The notes beneath the pieces were generated by a model. That model was not told the origin of the DNA, did not search any database, and saw only the letters and a program-made list of their open reading frames with translations. The position numbers were made by a program, and so were the translations under genes. From Citrobacter meridianamericanus (GTDB lineage: Bacteria > Pseudomonadota > Gammaproteobacteria > Enterobacterales > Enterobacteriaceae), in the NCBI RefSeq assembly GCF_024023655.1, contig NZ_JAJJVQ010000012.1: 32,000 nt of DNA; one strand, written 5' to 3'. Positions 1 through 9,805 of the stretch are shown one piece after another (position 1 is the stretch's first letter; each line of letters opens with the position of its first letter).

Positions 1-1536
1 ATTTTTGCTCACTGCTATGGCCTGTACGACGCGCATATGAAGGCGTGCAACGTGCTGGACTTTGACGATCTGATCCTACTGCCGACGCTGCTGCTTCAGC
101 GTAATGAAGAGGTGCGCGAGCGCTGGCAGAACAAAATCCGCTACCTGCTGGTGGATGAATACCAGGATACCAACACCAGCCAGTACGAGCTGGTGAAGCT
201 GCTGGTGGGGCAACGTGCGCGCTTTACCGTGGTGGGTGATGACGATCAGTCTATTTACTCCTGGCGCGGCGCGCGTCCGCAGAACCTGGTACTGCTAAGC
301 AAAGATTTTCCGGCGCTACAGGTGGTGAAGCTGGAGCAAAACTACCGTTCCTCCGGGCGTATCCTGAAGGCGGCGAACATTCTCATTGCTAACAACCCGC
401 ACGTCTTTGAAAAGCGGCTTTTCTCCGAGCTGGGCTATGGGGCTGAGCTGAAGGTGCTGAGTGCGAATAATGAAGAGCATGAAGCGGAACGCGTCACCGG
501 GGAATTAATTGCCCATCACTTTGTGAACAAGACGCAATATAAAGACTACGCCATCCTGTATCGCGGTAATCATCAGTCGCGGGTATTTGAAAAATTTTTG
601 ATGCAGAACCGCATCCCGTACAAAATTTCTGGTGGAACGTCGTTCTTCTCGCGTCCGGAGATTAAAGATCTGCTGGCCTACCTGCGTGTGCTGAGCAATC
701 CGGATGACGACAGCGCATTTTTACGCATCGTAAACACGCCAAAACGTGAAATCGGTCCTGCCACGCTGCAAAAGCTCGGTGAATGGGCGATGACCCGCAA
801 CAAAAGCCTGTTTACCGCCAGCTTTGATATGGGGCTTAGCCAGACACTGACCGGACGTGGGTATGATTCTCTGACCCGTTTTACGCACTGGCTGGGTGAA
901 ATCCAACGCCTGGCGGAGCGCGAGCCGGTTGCCGCCGTGCGCGATTTGATCCACGGCATTGATTATGAATCCTGGCTGTATGAAACCTCGCCGAGCCCGA
1001 AAGCGGCAGAGATGCGTATGAAAAACGTCAACACCCTGTTCAGTTGGATGACGGAGATGCTGGAAGGCAGTGAGCTGGAAGAACCCATGACCCTGACTCA
1101 GGTCGTTACCCGCTTTACCCTGCGCGACATGATGGAGCGCGGAGAGAGCGAAGAAGAGCTGGATCAGGTGCAGTTGATGACGCTGCATGCCTCAAAGGGG
1201 CTGGAGTTCCCTTACGTGTTTATGGTGGGAATGGAAGAAGGATTTTTGCCGCACCAGAGCAGCATTGATGAAGACAACATCGATGAAGAGCGTCGTCTGG
1301 CTTACGTCGGAATTACGCGTGCGCAGAAAGAACTTATCTTCACGCTGTGCAAAGAGCGCCGCCAGTACGGTGAGCTGGTGAGACCAGAACCGAGCCGATT
1401 CTTGTTGGAACTGCCACAAGATGACGTTATCTGGGAACAGGAGCGTAAAGTGGTAAGCGCCGAGGAGCGGATGCAAAAGGGACAGGCCAGCATCGCCAAT
1501 ATTCGGGCGATGATGGCGAAAGCAAAAGAGAAGTAG
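1..1536 (+). CDS. rep: ATP-dependent DNA helicase Rep, 5'-truncated by the window edge (frame 1 is open from base 1)
   Basis: Translation from base 1 ([24 protein letters not shown]...) through the UvrD/Rep helicase motifs ([63 protein letters not shown]) matches Rep as I recall it. TAG stop at 1534-1536. Confidence 0.95.
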   Translation: MFAHCYGLYDAHMKACNVLDFDDLILLPTLLLQRNEEVRERWQNKIRYLLVDEYQDTNTSQYELVKLLVGQRARFTVVGDDDQSIYSWRGARPQNLVLLSKDFPALQVVKLEQNYRSSGRILKAANILIANNPHVFEKRLFSELGYGAELKVLSANNEEHEAERVTGELIAHHFVNKTQYKDYAILYRGNHQSRVFEKFLMQNRIPYKISGGTSFFSRPEIKDLLAYLRVLSNPDDDSAFLRIVNTPKREIGPATLQKLGEWAMTRNKSLFTASFDMGLSQTLTGRGYDSLTRFTHWLGEIQRLAEREPVAAVRDLIHGIDYESWLYETSPSPKAAEMRMKNVNTLFSWMTEMLEGSELEEPMTLTQVVTRFTLRDMMERGESEEELDQVQLMTLHASKGLEFPYVFMVGMEEGFLPHQSSIDEDNIDEERRLAYVGITRAQKELIFTLCKERRQYGELVRPEPSRFLLELPQDDVIWEQERKVVSAEERMQKGQASIANIRAMMAKAKEK

Positions 1537-1595
1537 ATATTTTCCAGGGCGTATAAGCGTCATCCGGCAGCCAGCACAACAGGGAGGTTGATGAG

Positions 1596-2552
1596 ATGTT
1601 GAAGTTTGTATTGGTCATTTTGTCAGGGATGTTCTATACCGCAACGGCGTCTGCAACAGATAGATTTGAGTTTTTTGACTATTGTTCTGTGTCGATGGTG
1701 AATATGGTTGCCAGCAGTAATCAGCCATTAATGATTGCAGAGCATGTTGGTGCGAAAGATTTACGTATTGAAGCCGAAGAAGATGATGAGAGTAACGTTA
1801 TGCTCCAATTGTTTGATCGGCGGAAAAAAAGCACCCCGGATACCCCCGGAGCCGGGCATCTTGGCTGGGTGACTTATCATCCGGCTAAAAATATCCTGAC
1901 GGACATTAATGATGAACAACTGCAATTTGACCCGCAAAAAGGCAAACACTTTCAACAATGTTTAACCCGTATGCGGGAATGTCAGGATTTAAATCAGAAA
2001 CTGAAACTGGATGCCACCATTGATTTCCCGCGTTATGCGTTGACGGGTAAGTCTCGCGCCTGGTTCTATGCCGCTCCGGTAGCGCAGTGCCGCAGTGAAT
2101 CAATTTTTATCGTACCCGGTGATATCGTATCCAGAACCGGGTTCAGCATTGCCCGGGATGAAGAAACGCAAAAGTTTTATGAGTCTGTGCGGGGTAACGA
2201 TTCACATGGTTATTTGTTGGCAGGATACGGTGGTTACGTTGGTTGGATAGAAGCCAATCATCTGGAGGCGGTCGATCTGGTATGCAACGATGCCAGGGAT
2301 AAATCGGGGTTAAAGAATCCTGCGCCGGGAGAGTTTGTTGAGCGTAAAGTCGCTCAGACTCAACCGCGCCTCTATTTCTATGATGCGCCGGATAAAGCCT
2401 GCCTTCGCGAAGATAATTCATTCATCATTGCTGACGACAAAGTTCAGATGGTAAATCGGTCTGCGTACGCGGGCTTTTCCTTTGTTCGCTATACCCATCC
2501 GGTGACGCATAAGGTGACTGAAGGATGGGTTTTAGCCAGTGGGCTGAAGTAG
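1596..2552 (+). CDS. Hypothetical secreted/periplasmic protein, 318 aa, with two C-terminal SH3b-like repeats; family not recognised
   Basis: ATG at 1596 lies 8 nt after a strong SD, AGGGAGG (1581-1587). The N-terminus MLKFVLVILSGMFYTATASA|TD looks like an SPase I signal peptide with an ASA motif. The 318-codon ORF is uninterrupted in a visibly AT-richer stretch. It has six Cys residues and an internal duplication (residues ~153-224 vs ~257-318). Confidence 0.75.
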   Translation: MLKFVLVILSGMFYTATASATDRFEFFDYCSVSMVNMVASSNQPLMIAEHVGAKDLRIEAEEDDESNVMLQLFDRRKKSTPDTPGAGHLGWVTYHPAKNILTDINDEQLQFDPQKGKHFQQCLTRMRECQDLNQKLKLDATIDFPRYALTGKSRAWFYAAPVAQCRSESIFIVPGDIVSRTGFSIARDEETQKFYESVRGNDSHGYLLAGYGGYVGWIEANHLEAVDLVCNDARDKSGLKNPAPGEFVERKVAQTQPRLYFYDAPDKACLREDNSFIIADDKVQMVNRSAYAGFSFVRYTHPVTHKVTEGWVLASGLK

Positions 2553-2563
2553 CCTATTCCGCG

Positions 2564-4048
2564 TTAATGAACGTCCAGAGGCCAGTGGACATAGCTTTGC
2601 CACTGGATTTCCTGATCGATTAACTCTTTACCTAATGGATGATGTTCCAGCCAGCCTTCCGGCAACGTTAGCGTCAGATTTTCATCCTGAGCTTGCAGGA
2701 TGATGTGTGGCACTAAATCGTCGCGACGGCGTGCGGCGAAGATGATCGCCAGACGTAGTAAACGGCAAAGGTGCTCCGCAATGCGCGGTGGCACAGCGTT
2801 TTGCTGGTGCAGCGAAGAGAGATCGACAGGATTGCTCTGGTTGAGTAACAGCGTGGCTAACAGTTTTTTCTGTGCGGGAGTAAAGCCCGGAAGATCGAGA
2901 TTACGCACCAGCCAGGCGGCATGCAGCGGAGCCTGCTTATATTCCACGCTCAGCCCTATTTCATGCAACTGACAGGCACTTTGCAGCAGTTCGCGGTTAA
3001 TGGCCTCAAGATGCCACTCATCTTTCACCTGATCGAATAAATGTACAGCCAACTGTGCGACGCGGTTCGCCTGATCGGTGTCGACCATAAAGCGACGCTG
3101 AATATTACGCAGCGTGCGGCTGCGAATATCCTGATCGACAGGCAGGTGTAGCATACCGTAAACCAGACCTTCACGCAGTGCGCCGCCGGCCAGGGTCATG
3201 CATTGAATATTCAACTCAGTGAAAATGGCGAGCAGAATGGCCAATCCGCTGGGGAAAACCAGCGCGCGTTCCAGCGTTAACCCTTCGATTTCCAGCTCTT
3301 CCAGGCGACCGCAGTGAATAGCACGTTGCTTAAGCTGTTGAAGTTTGGCCAGCGTAATGCGCTCATCCATACCCTGCGCCATCATGATTTCCTGCAACGC
3401 CTGGACGGTACCGGAGGCACCGACGCAAACTTTCCAGCCATGAAAACGCAGTTTGTCGGCGACGGGGCGCAAAACTTCACGAGCCGCTTTCTCGGCTTCG
3501 TCAAAGTTTTCCTGTGCCAGATTACGATCGGTGAAGTACCGTTCAAGCCAGGTGACACAGCCCATTGACAGGCTGAACAGAGAGGTTGTTTGGGCACCTG
3601 AGCCGGTAACCAGTTCGGTACTGGCGCCGCCAATATCAACGACCAGACGCTGATCGGCACCGCCAGTGGTGTGAGCAACACCCTGATAAATCAGACGCGC
3701 TTCTTCTTCACCACTGATGACCTGGACTGGGCAGCTGAGGATCTCTTGCGCTTTAGCGATAAAGACATCGGCGTTTACCGCGATGCGCAATGTTGCCGTG
3801 GCGACCACACGGATTTGCGGTTGCGGGATATCCTGCAGGCGTTCAGCAAACAGGCGCAGGCATTGCCAGCCGCGTTCCATGGCTTCAGCGGAGAGAACGT
3901 TGTCGCTGTTGAGTCCAGCGGCCAGACGCACCTTGCGTTTAATACGCGTGAGCGTCTGGATGCTTCCCGCCACCTCGCGCACAACCAGCATATGAAAACT
4001 ATTAGAGCCTAAATCGATTGCGGCGTACAGCGAAGTGGTTGTGAGCAT
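2564..4048 (-). CDS. gppA: Guanosine-5'-triphosphate,3'-diphosphate pyrophosphatase (pppGpp phosphohydrolase), 494 aa
   Basis: Full-length match to my recollection of E. coli GppA ([40 protein letters not shown] ... SYVHWPL). It has the same length and the same position upstream of rhlB's stop. Confidence 0.95.
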   Translation of the reverse strand: MLTTTSLYAAIDLGSNSFHMLVVREVAGSIQTLTRIKRKVRLAAGLNSDNVLSAEAMERGWQCLRLFAERLQDIPQPQIRVVATATLRIAVNADVFIAKAQEILSCPVQVISGEEEARLIYQGVAHTTGGADQRLVVDIGGASTELVTGSGAQTTSLFSLSMGCVTWLERYFTDRNLAQENFDEAEKAAREVLRPVADKLRFHGWKVCVGASGTVQALQEIMMAQGMDERITLAKLQQLKQRAIHCGRLEELEIEGLTLERALVFPSGLAILLAIFTELNIQCMTLAGGALREGLVYGMLHLPVDQDIRSRTLRNIQRRFMVDTDQANRVAQLAVHLFDQVKDEWHLEAINRELLQSACQLHEIGLSVEYKQAPLHAAWLVRNLDLPGFTPAQKKLLATLLLNQSNPVDLSSLHQQNAVPPRIAEHLCRLLRLAIIFAARRRDDLVPHIILQAQDENLTLTLPEGWLEHHPLGKELIDQEIQWQSYVHWPLDVH

Positions 4049-4056
4049 ATCTTACG

Positions 4057-5325
4057 TTAACCTGAACGACGACGATTACGCGGAGCACCACCGGTACGAC
4101 GTGGGCCATTGCCAGTGCGTGGGCGCGTTAAACGTAACGGCTTCGGCAGATCGGTCATCAGCGCATCCGGGTTGTACTTACTAACCGGAATCGAGTGGCC
4201 AATATAGGTCTCGATAGCGGGTAAATTCAGCGCGTATTCTTCACAGGCCAGGCTGATCGAGTGACCGCTCGCGCCAGCACGGCCGGTACGACCGATACGG
4301 TGAACGTAATCTTCACAGTCATCCGGCAGGTCATAGTTGAATACATGCGTTACGGCTGGGATATGCAGACCGCGCGCGGCGACATCAGTCGCAACGAGAA
4401 TATCCAGATCGCCACGAGTGAACTCATCAAGGATACGCAGACGTTTTTTCTGCGCTACGTCACCGGTCAGTAGACCAACGCGATGACCATCGGCGGCAAG
4501 ACTACCCCAGATATCTTCACAACGATGCTTAGTGTTAGCAAAGACGATAGCGCGATCTGGCCACTCTTCTTCAATCAGCGTTTGCAGCAAACGCATTTTT
4601 TCTTCGTTGGAAGGATAGAAGAGTTCTTCTTTAATACGATGACCTGTCTTCTGTTCCGGTTCGACTTCAACGTACTCGGCGTTATTCATCTGTTCAAACG
4701 CCAGTTCGCGAACGCGGTAAGAGAGGGTTGCAGAAAACAGCATGTTCAGACGTTGGGTGGTTGGCGGCATACGACGGAACAGCCAACGGATATCTTTAAT
4801 AAAGCCCAGATCGTACATACGATCTGCTTCATCCAGCACCACGACCTGAATCGCGCCCAGGTTAATGTGGTTCTGTTTTGCATAGTCGATAAGACGACCG
4901 GTCGTGCCGATAAGAATATCGACGCCGCTTTCCAGCACTTTCAGCTGTTTATCGTAACCGTCGCCGCCATAAGCCAGGCCTAATTTCAGACCGGTGGTCT
5001 GTGCCAGCGGCTCGGCGTCGGCGTGGATCTGCACGGCTAACTCACGCGTTGGCGCCATAATTAACGCACGCGGTTGGTTCACCTTGCGATCGTCAATCGC
5101 GGGATGAGAGAGAAGATAATGAAACGTTGACGTCAGGAACGCCATCGTTTTTCCGGTACCGGTTTGCGCCTGCCCTGCAACATCACGACCTGCCAGCGTT
5201 AGCGGCAGCGCGAGGGCCTGAATGGGCGTGCAGTTATGAAACCCTTTGTTTTCAAGGGCTTCGATCACCTTTGGGTGCAGGGCGAAGTCGGAAAACTTCT
5301 GTTCTGTTAAATGTGTTTTGCTCAT
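4057..5325 (-). CDS. rhlB: ATP-dependent RNA helicase RhlB (DEAD-box, degradosome component), 421 aa
   Basis: [20 protein letters not shown]..., the motifs [12 protein letters not shown] (VLDEADRM), SAT and [10 protein letters not shown], and an Arg-rich C-terminal tail. The stop lies 8 nt upstream of the gppA start, consistent with an operon. Confidence 0.95.
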   Translation of the reverse strand: MSKTHLTEQKFSDFALHPKVIEALENKGFHNCTPIQALALPLTLAGRDVAGQAQTGTGKTMAFLTSTFHYLLSHPAIDDRKVNQPRALIMAPTRELAVQIHADAEPLAQTTGLKLGLAYGGDGYDKQLKVLESGVDILIGTTGRLIDYAKQNHINLGAIQVVVLDEADRMYDLGFIKDIRWLFRRMPPTTQRLNMLFSATLSYRVRELAFEQMNNAEYVEVEPEQKTGHRIKEELFYPSNEEKMRLLQTLIEEEWPDRAIVFANTKHRCEDIWGSLAADGHRVGLLTGDVAQKKRLRILDEFTRGDLDILVATDVAARGLHIPAVTHVFNYDLPDDCEDYVHRIGRTGRAGASGHSISLACEEYALNLPAIETYIGHSIPVSKYNPDALMTDLPKPLRLTRPRTGNGPRRTGGAPRNRRRSG

Positions 5326-5468
5326 AGTGTGGTAGAATATCAGCTTACTATTGCTTTACGAAAGCGTATCCGGTGAAATAAAGTCAACCTTTAGTTGGTT
5401 AATGCTACATCAACACGTCGTTGATTAAGGGTACACCAACGCACCAGGCTTATTCCTGTGGAGTTAAT

Positions 5469-5798
5469 ATGAGCGATAAAATTATTCACCTGACTGACGA
5501 CAGTTTTGACACGGATGTACTCAAAGCGGACGGAGCTATCCTCGTTGATTTCTGGGCAGAGTGGTGCGGTCCGTGCAAAATGATCGCTCCAATTCTGGAT
5601 GAAATCGCTGACGAATATCAGGGCAAATTGACGGTTGCTAAACTGAACATTGACCAAAACCCAGGCACCGCGCCGAAGTATGGTATCCGTGGCATCCCGA
5701 CCCTGCTGCTGTTCAAAAACGGCGAAGTTGCGGCGACTAAAGTCGGCGCACTGTCCAAAGGTCAGTTGAAAGAATTCCTCGACGCTAATTTAGCGTAA
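5469..5798 (+). CDS. trxA: Thioredoxin 1, 109 aa
   Basis: [109 protein letters not shown] looks identical to E. coli TrxA as I recall it, including the WCGPC active site. The internal ATG at 5469 is preceded by GGAG (5459-5462); the tracked ORF start at 5421 is an upstream extension. Confidence 0.96.
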
Positions 5799-5878
5799 GG
5801 AAGTCTCATGATCGGGCGACCATACTTCGAAATGATTCGGATGACTGGACGCCCGACTTGAGTCGTGCTAAGTTAGTG

Positions 5879-5907
5879 TTGACTTCGTATTAAACATACC
5901 TTATTAA
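5879..5907 (+). promoter_or_regulatory. Candidate sigma-70 promoter of rho
   Basis: TTGACT (5879-5884), a 17-nt spacer, then TATTAA (5902-5907). The location fits the long leader that precedes rho. Confidence 0.4.
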
Positions 5908-6136
5908 GTTTGAATCTAGTTATATCCAATACTTCCCGTTGTTTCTCGCGCAGGAAGTGGACAGATTCCTGGCTTATCGCTCAATCCGTCTTGTCGTTTC
6001 AGTTCTGCGTACTTTCCTGTGACCAGACAGCGAACAGACATGAGTTTGATGGCCGTAAACAGGCATGGATGACCCTGCCATACCATTCACAACATTAAGT
6101 TCGAGATTTACCCCAAGTTTAAGAACTCACACCATT
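5908..6136 (+). promoter_or_regulatory. rhoL: rho leader / attenuator region, equivalent to the E. coli rhoL leader
   Basis: The nucleotide stretch ...CAGATTCCTGGCTTATCGCTCAATCCGTCTTGTCGTTTCAGTTCTGCGTACTTTCCTGTGACCAGACAGCGAACAGACATGAGT... is clearly homologous to the rhoL leader region as I recall it (peptide ...LNPSCRFSSAY.PVTRQR.DMS). rho is known to be autoregulated by Rho-dependent attenuation in this leader. The leader-peptide frame lacks a canonical start codon here (see findings). Confidence 0.55.
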
Positions 6137-7396
6137 ATGAATCTTACCGAATTAAAGAATACGCCGGTTTCTGAGCTGATCACTCTCGGCGAAAATATGG
6201 GCCTTGAAAACCTGGCTCGTATGCGCAAGCAGGACATTATTTTTGCCATCCTGAAGCAGCACGCAAAGAGTGGCGAAGATATCTTTGGTGACGGTGTGCT
6301 GGAGATATTGCAGGATGGATTTGGTTTCCTCCGCTCTGCAGACAGCTCCTACCTCGCCGGTCCTGATGACATCTACGTTTCTCCCAGCCAAATCCGCCGT
6401 TTCAACCTCCGCACTGGTGATACCATCTCTGGTAAGATTCGCCCGCCGAAAGAAGGTGAACGCTACTTTGCGCTGTTGAAAGTTAACGAAGTTAACTACG
6501 ACAAACCAGAAAACGCCCGTAACAAAATCCTCTTTGAGAACTTAACGCCGCTGCACGCAAACTCTCGTCTGCGTATGGAACGTGGTAACGGTTCTACTGA
6601 AGACTTAACGGCGCGTGTACTGGATCTGGCATCGCCGATCGGTCGTGGCCAACGTGGTCTGATTGTTGCTCCGCCGAAAGCGGGTAAAACCATGCTGCTG
6701 CAGAACATCGCGCAGAGCATTGCTTACAACCATCCGGACTGTGTGCTGATGGTGCTCCTGATTGACGAACGTCCGGAAGAAGTGACCGAGATGCAGCGTC
6801 TGGTTAAAGGTGAAGTTGTGGCTTCTACCTTTGACGAACCAGCATCCCGTCACGTTCAGGTTGCGGAAATGGTTATCGAGAAGGCGAAACGCCTGGTTGA
6901 GCACAAGAAAGACGTTATCATTCTGCTCGACTCCATCACCCGTCTGGCGCGTGCGTACAACACCGTGGTTCCGGCTTCCGGTAAAGTGCTGACCGGTGGT
7001 GTTGATGCCAACGCCCTGCATCGTCCGAAGCGTTTCTTCGGTGCGGCGCGTAACGTGGAAGAGGGCGGTAGCCTGACCATCATCGCGACTGCGCTGATCG
7101 ATACCGGCTCTAAAATGGATGAAGTTATCTACGAAGAGTTTAAAGGTACCGGCAACATGGAACTACATCTCTCTCGTAAGATTGCTGAAAAACGCGTCTT
7201 CCCGGCTATCGACTACAACCGTTCCGGTACCCGTAAAGAAGAGTTGCTCACCACTCAGGAAGAGCTGCAGAAAATGTGGATCCTACGCAAAATCATCCAT
7301 CCGATGGGTGAAATCGACGCAATGGAATTCCTCATTAACAAGCTGGCGATGACCAAGACCAATGACGACTTCTTCGATATGATGAAGCGTTCCTGA
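6137..7396 (+). CDS. rho: Transcription termination factor Rho, 419 aa
   Basis: [66 protein letters not shown]... with Walker A (PPKAGKT). It is near-identical to E. coli Rho over the full length. The ATG at 6137 is the homologous start; the tracked ORF begins earlier at 6065. Confidence 0.97.
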   Translation: MNLTELKNTPVSELITLGENMGLENLARMRKQDIIFAILKQHAKSGEDIFGDGVLEILQDGFGFLRSADSSYLAGPDDIYVSPSQIRRFNLRTGDTISGKIRPPKEGERYFALLKVNEVNYDKPENARNKILFENLTPLHANSRLRMERGNGSTEDLTARVLDLASPIGRGQRGLIVAPPKAGKTMLLQNIAQSIAYNHPDCVLMVLLIDERPEEVTEMQRLVKGEVVASTFDEPASRHVQVAEMVIEKAKRLVEHKKDVIILLDSITRLARAYNTVVPASGKVLTGGVDANALHRPKRFFGAARNVEEGGSLTIIATALIDTGSKMDEVIYEEFKGTGNMELHLSRKIAEKRVFPAIDYNRSGTRKEELLTTQEELQKMWILRKIIHPMGEIDAMEFLINKLAMTKTNDDFFDMMKRS

Positions 7397-7411
7397 TTCA
7401 GGCATCATCTG

Positions 7412-7445
7412 AAAACGCCACGTTTTTACGTGGCGTTTTGCTTTT
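7412..7445 (+). terminator. Intrinsic terminator of rho
   Basis: A perfect 12-bp stem, AAAACGCCACGT (7412-7423) with ACGTGGCGTTTT (7428-7439), and a TTTT loop, followed by GCTTTTG. It starts 16 nt after the rho stop. The A-tract/T-tract symmetry suggests it could work in both directions. Confidence 0.8.
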
Positions 7446-7632
7446 GTGGATGTAATCTTAACGACACAATAACAACAATACGGTATGACTACGCCTGGCG
7501 AAGAAAGGTTGTAATTCGTATTTTGTGGTTGATAATCATACAGAACCACCTGATATGGAGTCGGGTTTCTCTTCTGAATAATCGCCCGGATGGTTATACT
7601 TCATATATTGATATTCTCTGAGAGCATGTATA
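7446..7632 (+). promoter_or_regulatory. AT-rich region upstream of wecA, presumed ECA operon promoter region
   Basis: A 187-nt non-coding AT-rich gap between the rho terminator and the first gene of a 12-gene same-strand cluster. I could not pin down a convincing -35/-10 pair and found no ops (GGCGGTAG) element. Confidence 0.3.
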
Positions 7633-8736
7633 GTGAATTTACTGACAGCAAGTACTGATCTCATCAGTATTTTTTTATTCACAACGCTGTTTCTTTTCTT
7701 TGCCCGCAAGGTCGCGAAAAAGATTGGATTGGTGGATAAACCCAACTTCCGCAAACGTCATCAGGGACTGATTCCGCTGGTTGGGGGGATTTCGGTTTAC
7801 GCAGGCATTTGCTTTACCTTCCTCATCGCCGATTACTACATCCCACATGCTACTCTCTACCTGGCCTGTGCTGGGGTACTGGTGTTTATCGGTGCTCTGG
7901 ACGATCGTTTTGATATCAGTGTAAAAATCCGCGCGACCATCCAGGCCCTTATTGGCATCATTATGATGTCGGTGGGAAAACTCTATCTGCTAAGCCTTGG
8001 CTATATTTTCGGCCCTTGGGAGATGGTGCTCGGTCCTTTTGGCTATTTCCTTACTTTGTTTGCCGTCTGGGCGGCGATTAACGCCTTCAATATGGTGGAT
8101 GGGATCGATGGTCTGCTCGGTGGGCTATCCAGCGTGTCATTCGCCGCTATGGGACTTATTCTGTGGTTCGATGGCCAGACAAGCCTTGCTATCTGGTGTT
8201 TTGCCATGATCGCCGCCATTCTGCCTTACATCCTGCTGAACCTGGGTATTCTCGGACGCCGCTATAAAGTCTTTATGGGGGATGCGGGAAGTACGTTGAT
8301 TGGCTTCACGGTGATTTGGATTCTGCTGGAGACGACCCAGGGGCCAACGCATCCTATTAGTCCGGTTACGGCCCTGTGGATTATTGCCATTCCGTTAATG
8401 GATATGGTGGCAATTATGTACCGTCGTTTACGCAAGGGTATGAGTCCTTTCTCCCCGGATCGCCAACATATTCACCATTTAATCATGCGTGCCGGGTTTA
8501 CTTCCCGACAGGCTTTTGTCCTGATTACCCTGGCTGCAGCGATTCTGGCATCCATTGGCGTGCTGGCTGAATATTCTCGTATTGTCCCGGAATGGGTGAT
8601 GTTGGTGCTCTTTTTACTGGCGTTTGTCTTGTACGACATCTGTATTAAACGAGCGTGGAAGGTGGCGAGATTTATCAAACGTTTGAAGCGCAAGCTGCGT
8701 AGAAATCGTGAAAGTAAACCAGACTTAACCAAATAA
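7633..8736 (+). CDS. wecA: UDP-GlcNAc:undecaprenyl-phosphate GlcNAc-1-phosphate transferase, 367 aa
   Basis: GTG start (GTGAATTTACTGACAGC), as in E. coli wecA/rfe. MNLLT.STDLISIFLFTTLFLFFARKVAKK.GLVDKPNFRKRHQGLIPLVGGISVYAGICFTF... is highly similar to WecA as recalled, and the protein is polytopic membrane in character. Confidence 0.93.
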   Translation: MNLLTASTDLISIFLFTTLFLFFARKVAKKIGLVDKPNFRKRHQGLIPLVGGISVYAGICFTFLIADYYIPHATLYLACAGVLVFIGALDDRFDISVKIRATIQALIGIIMMSVGKLYLLSLGYIFGPWEMVLGPFGYFLTLFAVWAAINAFNMVDGIDGLLGGLSSVSFAAMGLILWFDGQTSLAIWCFAMIAAILPYILLNLGILGRRYKVFMGDAGSTLIGFTVIWILLETTQGPTHPISPVTALWIIAIPLMDMVAIMYRRLRKGMSPFSPDRQHIHHLIMRAGFTSRQAFVLITLAAAILASIGVLAEYSRIVPEWVMLVLFLLAFVLYDICIKRAWKVARFIKRLKRKLRRNRESKPDLTK

Positions 8737-8748
8737 AATGAGGGTACG

Positions 8749-9795
8749 ATGACACAACCATTACCGGGGGAAGACGCCGTGAGCGCTGAAAATGAACTGG
8801 ACATCCGTGGGTTGTTTCGTACCTTGTGGGCTGGGAAGGTGTGGATCGTCGGTATGGCTCTCGCCTTTGCGATTGTCGCTCTCGCCTATACGTTTTTTGC
8901 GCGTCAGGAGTGGAGCGCCACGGCGATTTCAGACCGGCCAACGGTCAATATGTTAGGCGGTTATTACTCTCAGCAGCAGTTTTTGCGTAACCTGGATATT
9001 AAGGCCAGTCTCGCTTCTGCGGACCAACCGTCGGTGATGGATGAAGCCTATAAAGAATTCATCATGCAGCTTGCTTCCTGGGATACGCGTCGTGAATTCT
9101 GGCAGCAGACTGATTACTATAAGCAGCGTATGGTCGGTAATAGCAAAGCCGATGCGGCGATGCTGGATGAACTGATTAATAACATTCAGTTTATGCCTGG
9201 TGATGCGGTACGTAATACCAACGACAGCGTGAAGCTGATTGCCGAGACGGCGCCTGATGCTAACAATCTGCTGCGTCAGTACGTCGCGTTTGCCAGCCAG
9301 CGCGCGGCGCGTCATCTGAATGATGAGTTGAAGGGTGCCTGGGCTGCACGCACCGTGCAGATGAAGGCGCAGGTTAAACGTCAGGAGGAAGTGGCGAAAT
9401 CGATCTTCTCCCGCCGTGTTCACAACATTGAGCAGGCGCTCAAAATTGCTGAACAGCATAATATTTCGCGTACTTCCACGGATATTCCTGCTGAAGAATT
9501 ACCTGATTCTGAACTGTTTTTGCTTGGACGACCTATGCTGCAGGCGCGACTCGAGAACCTGCAATCTGTTGGTCCTGATTTCGATCTGGACTACTTCCAA
9601 AACCGAGCCATGCTTAACACACTGAACGTTGGGCCAACTCTGGATCCGCGTTTTCAGACCTATCGTTATTTGCGTACGCCGGAAGAACCGGTAAAACGTG
9701 ACAGCCCTCGTCGTGCTTTCCTGATGATTATGTGGGGCATCGTTGGGGCTCTGATCGGTGCTGGTGTCGCGTTAACCCGCCGCCGCACGATTTAG
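8749..9795 (+). CDS. wzzE: ECA polysaccharide chain-length modulation protein, 348 aa
   Basis: MTQP.PG...[39 protein letters not shown]... and a C-terminal TM segment ([23 protein letters not shown]) match WzzE. GAGGG SD at 8740-8744. Confidence 0.93.
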   Translation: MTQPLPGEDAVSAENELDIRGLFRTLWAGKVWIVGMALAFAIVALAYTFFARQEWSATAISDRPTVNMLGGYYSQQQFLRNLDIKASLASADQPSVMDEAYKEFIMQLASWDTRREFWQQTDYYKQRMVGNSKADAAMLDELINNIQFMPGDAVRNTNDSVKLIAETAPDANNLLRQYVAFASQRAARHLNDELKGAWAARTVQMKAQVKRQEEVAKSIFSRRVHNIEQALKIAEQHNISRTSTDIPAEELPDSELFLLGRPMLQARLENLQSVGPDFDLDYFQNRAMLNTLNVGPTLDPRFQTYRYLRTPEEPVKRDSPRRAFLMIMWGIVGALIGAGVALTRRRTI

Positions 9796-9805
9796 CAATA
9801 CCGTT

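Noticed and set aside
1546-1572. A REP-like sequence (GGCGTATAAGCGTCATCCGGCAGCC) after rep, considered as a REP element or rep terminator.
   Set aside because: Only one arm (ATCCGGC) is present, with no complementary GCCGGAT partner nearby. It cannot form the REP hairpin and is not followed by a U-tract. It is mentioned only as a possible insertion scar in the first finding.
5409-5425. A 17-bp palindrome ATCAAC-ACGTC-GTTGAT in the rhlB-trxA divergent promoter region.
   Set aside because: The arms are short (6 bp) and match no operator consensus I know. It is plausible by chance, and no second copy exists in the window.
5811-5857. An inverted repeat TCGGGCG...CGCCCGA downstream of trxA, considered as the trxA terminator.
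   Set aside because: The 7-bp stem encloses a 33-nt loop and is followed by CTTGAGTCG rather than a U-tract. I cannot support an intrinsic terminator call from sequence alone.
5910-6136. A 62-aa ORF (TTG start, 5910-6098) and the 24-codon upstream extension of rho (6065-6136).
   Set aside because: Both lie in the conserved rho leader, which functions as an RNA attenuator. The 62-aa ORF is in a different frame from the E. coli rhoL peptide. Rho homology starts at the ATG at 6137.
7442-7537. A direct repeat of TTTTGTGG followed by (A/T)TG(-/A)TAATC at 7442-7457 and 7521-7537, upstream of wecA. It could be a pair of regulator sites.
   Set aside because: Only an exact 8-mer is shared. In an AT-rich 190-nt region a repeated 8-mer has an appreciable chance probability (roughly a few tenths by a rough pair count), and the first copy overlaps the T-tail of the rho terminator.
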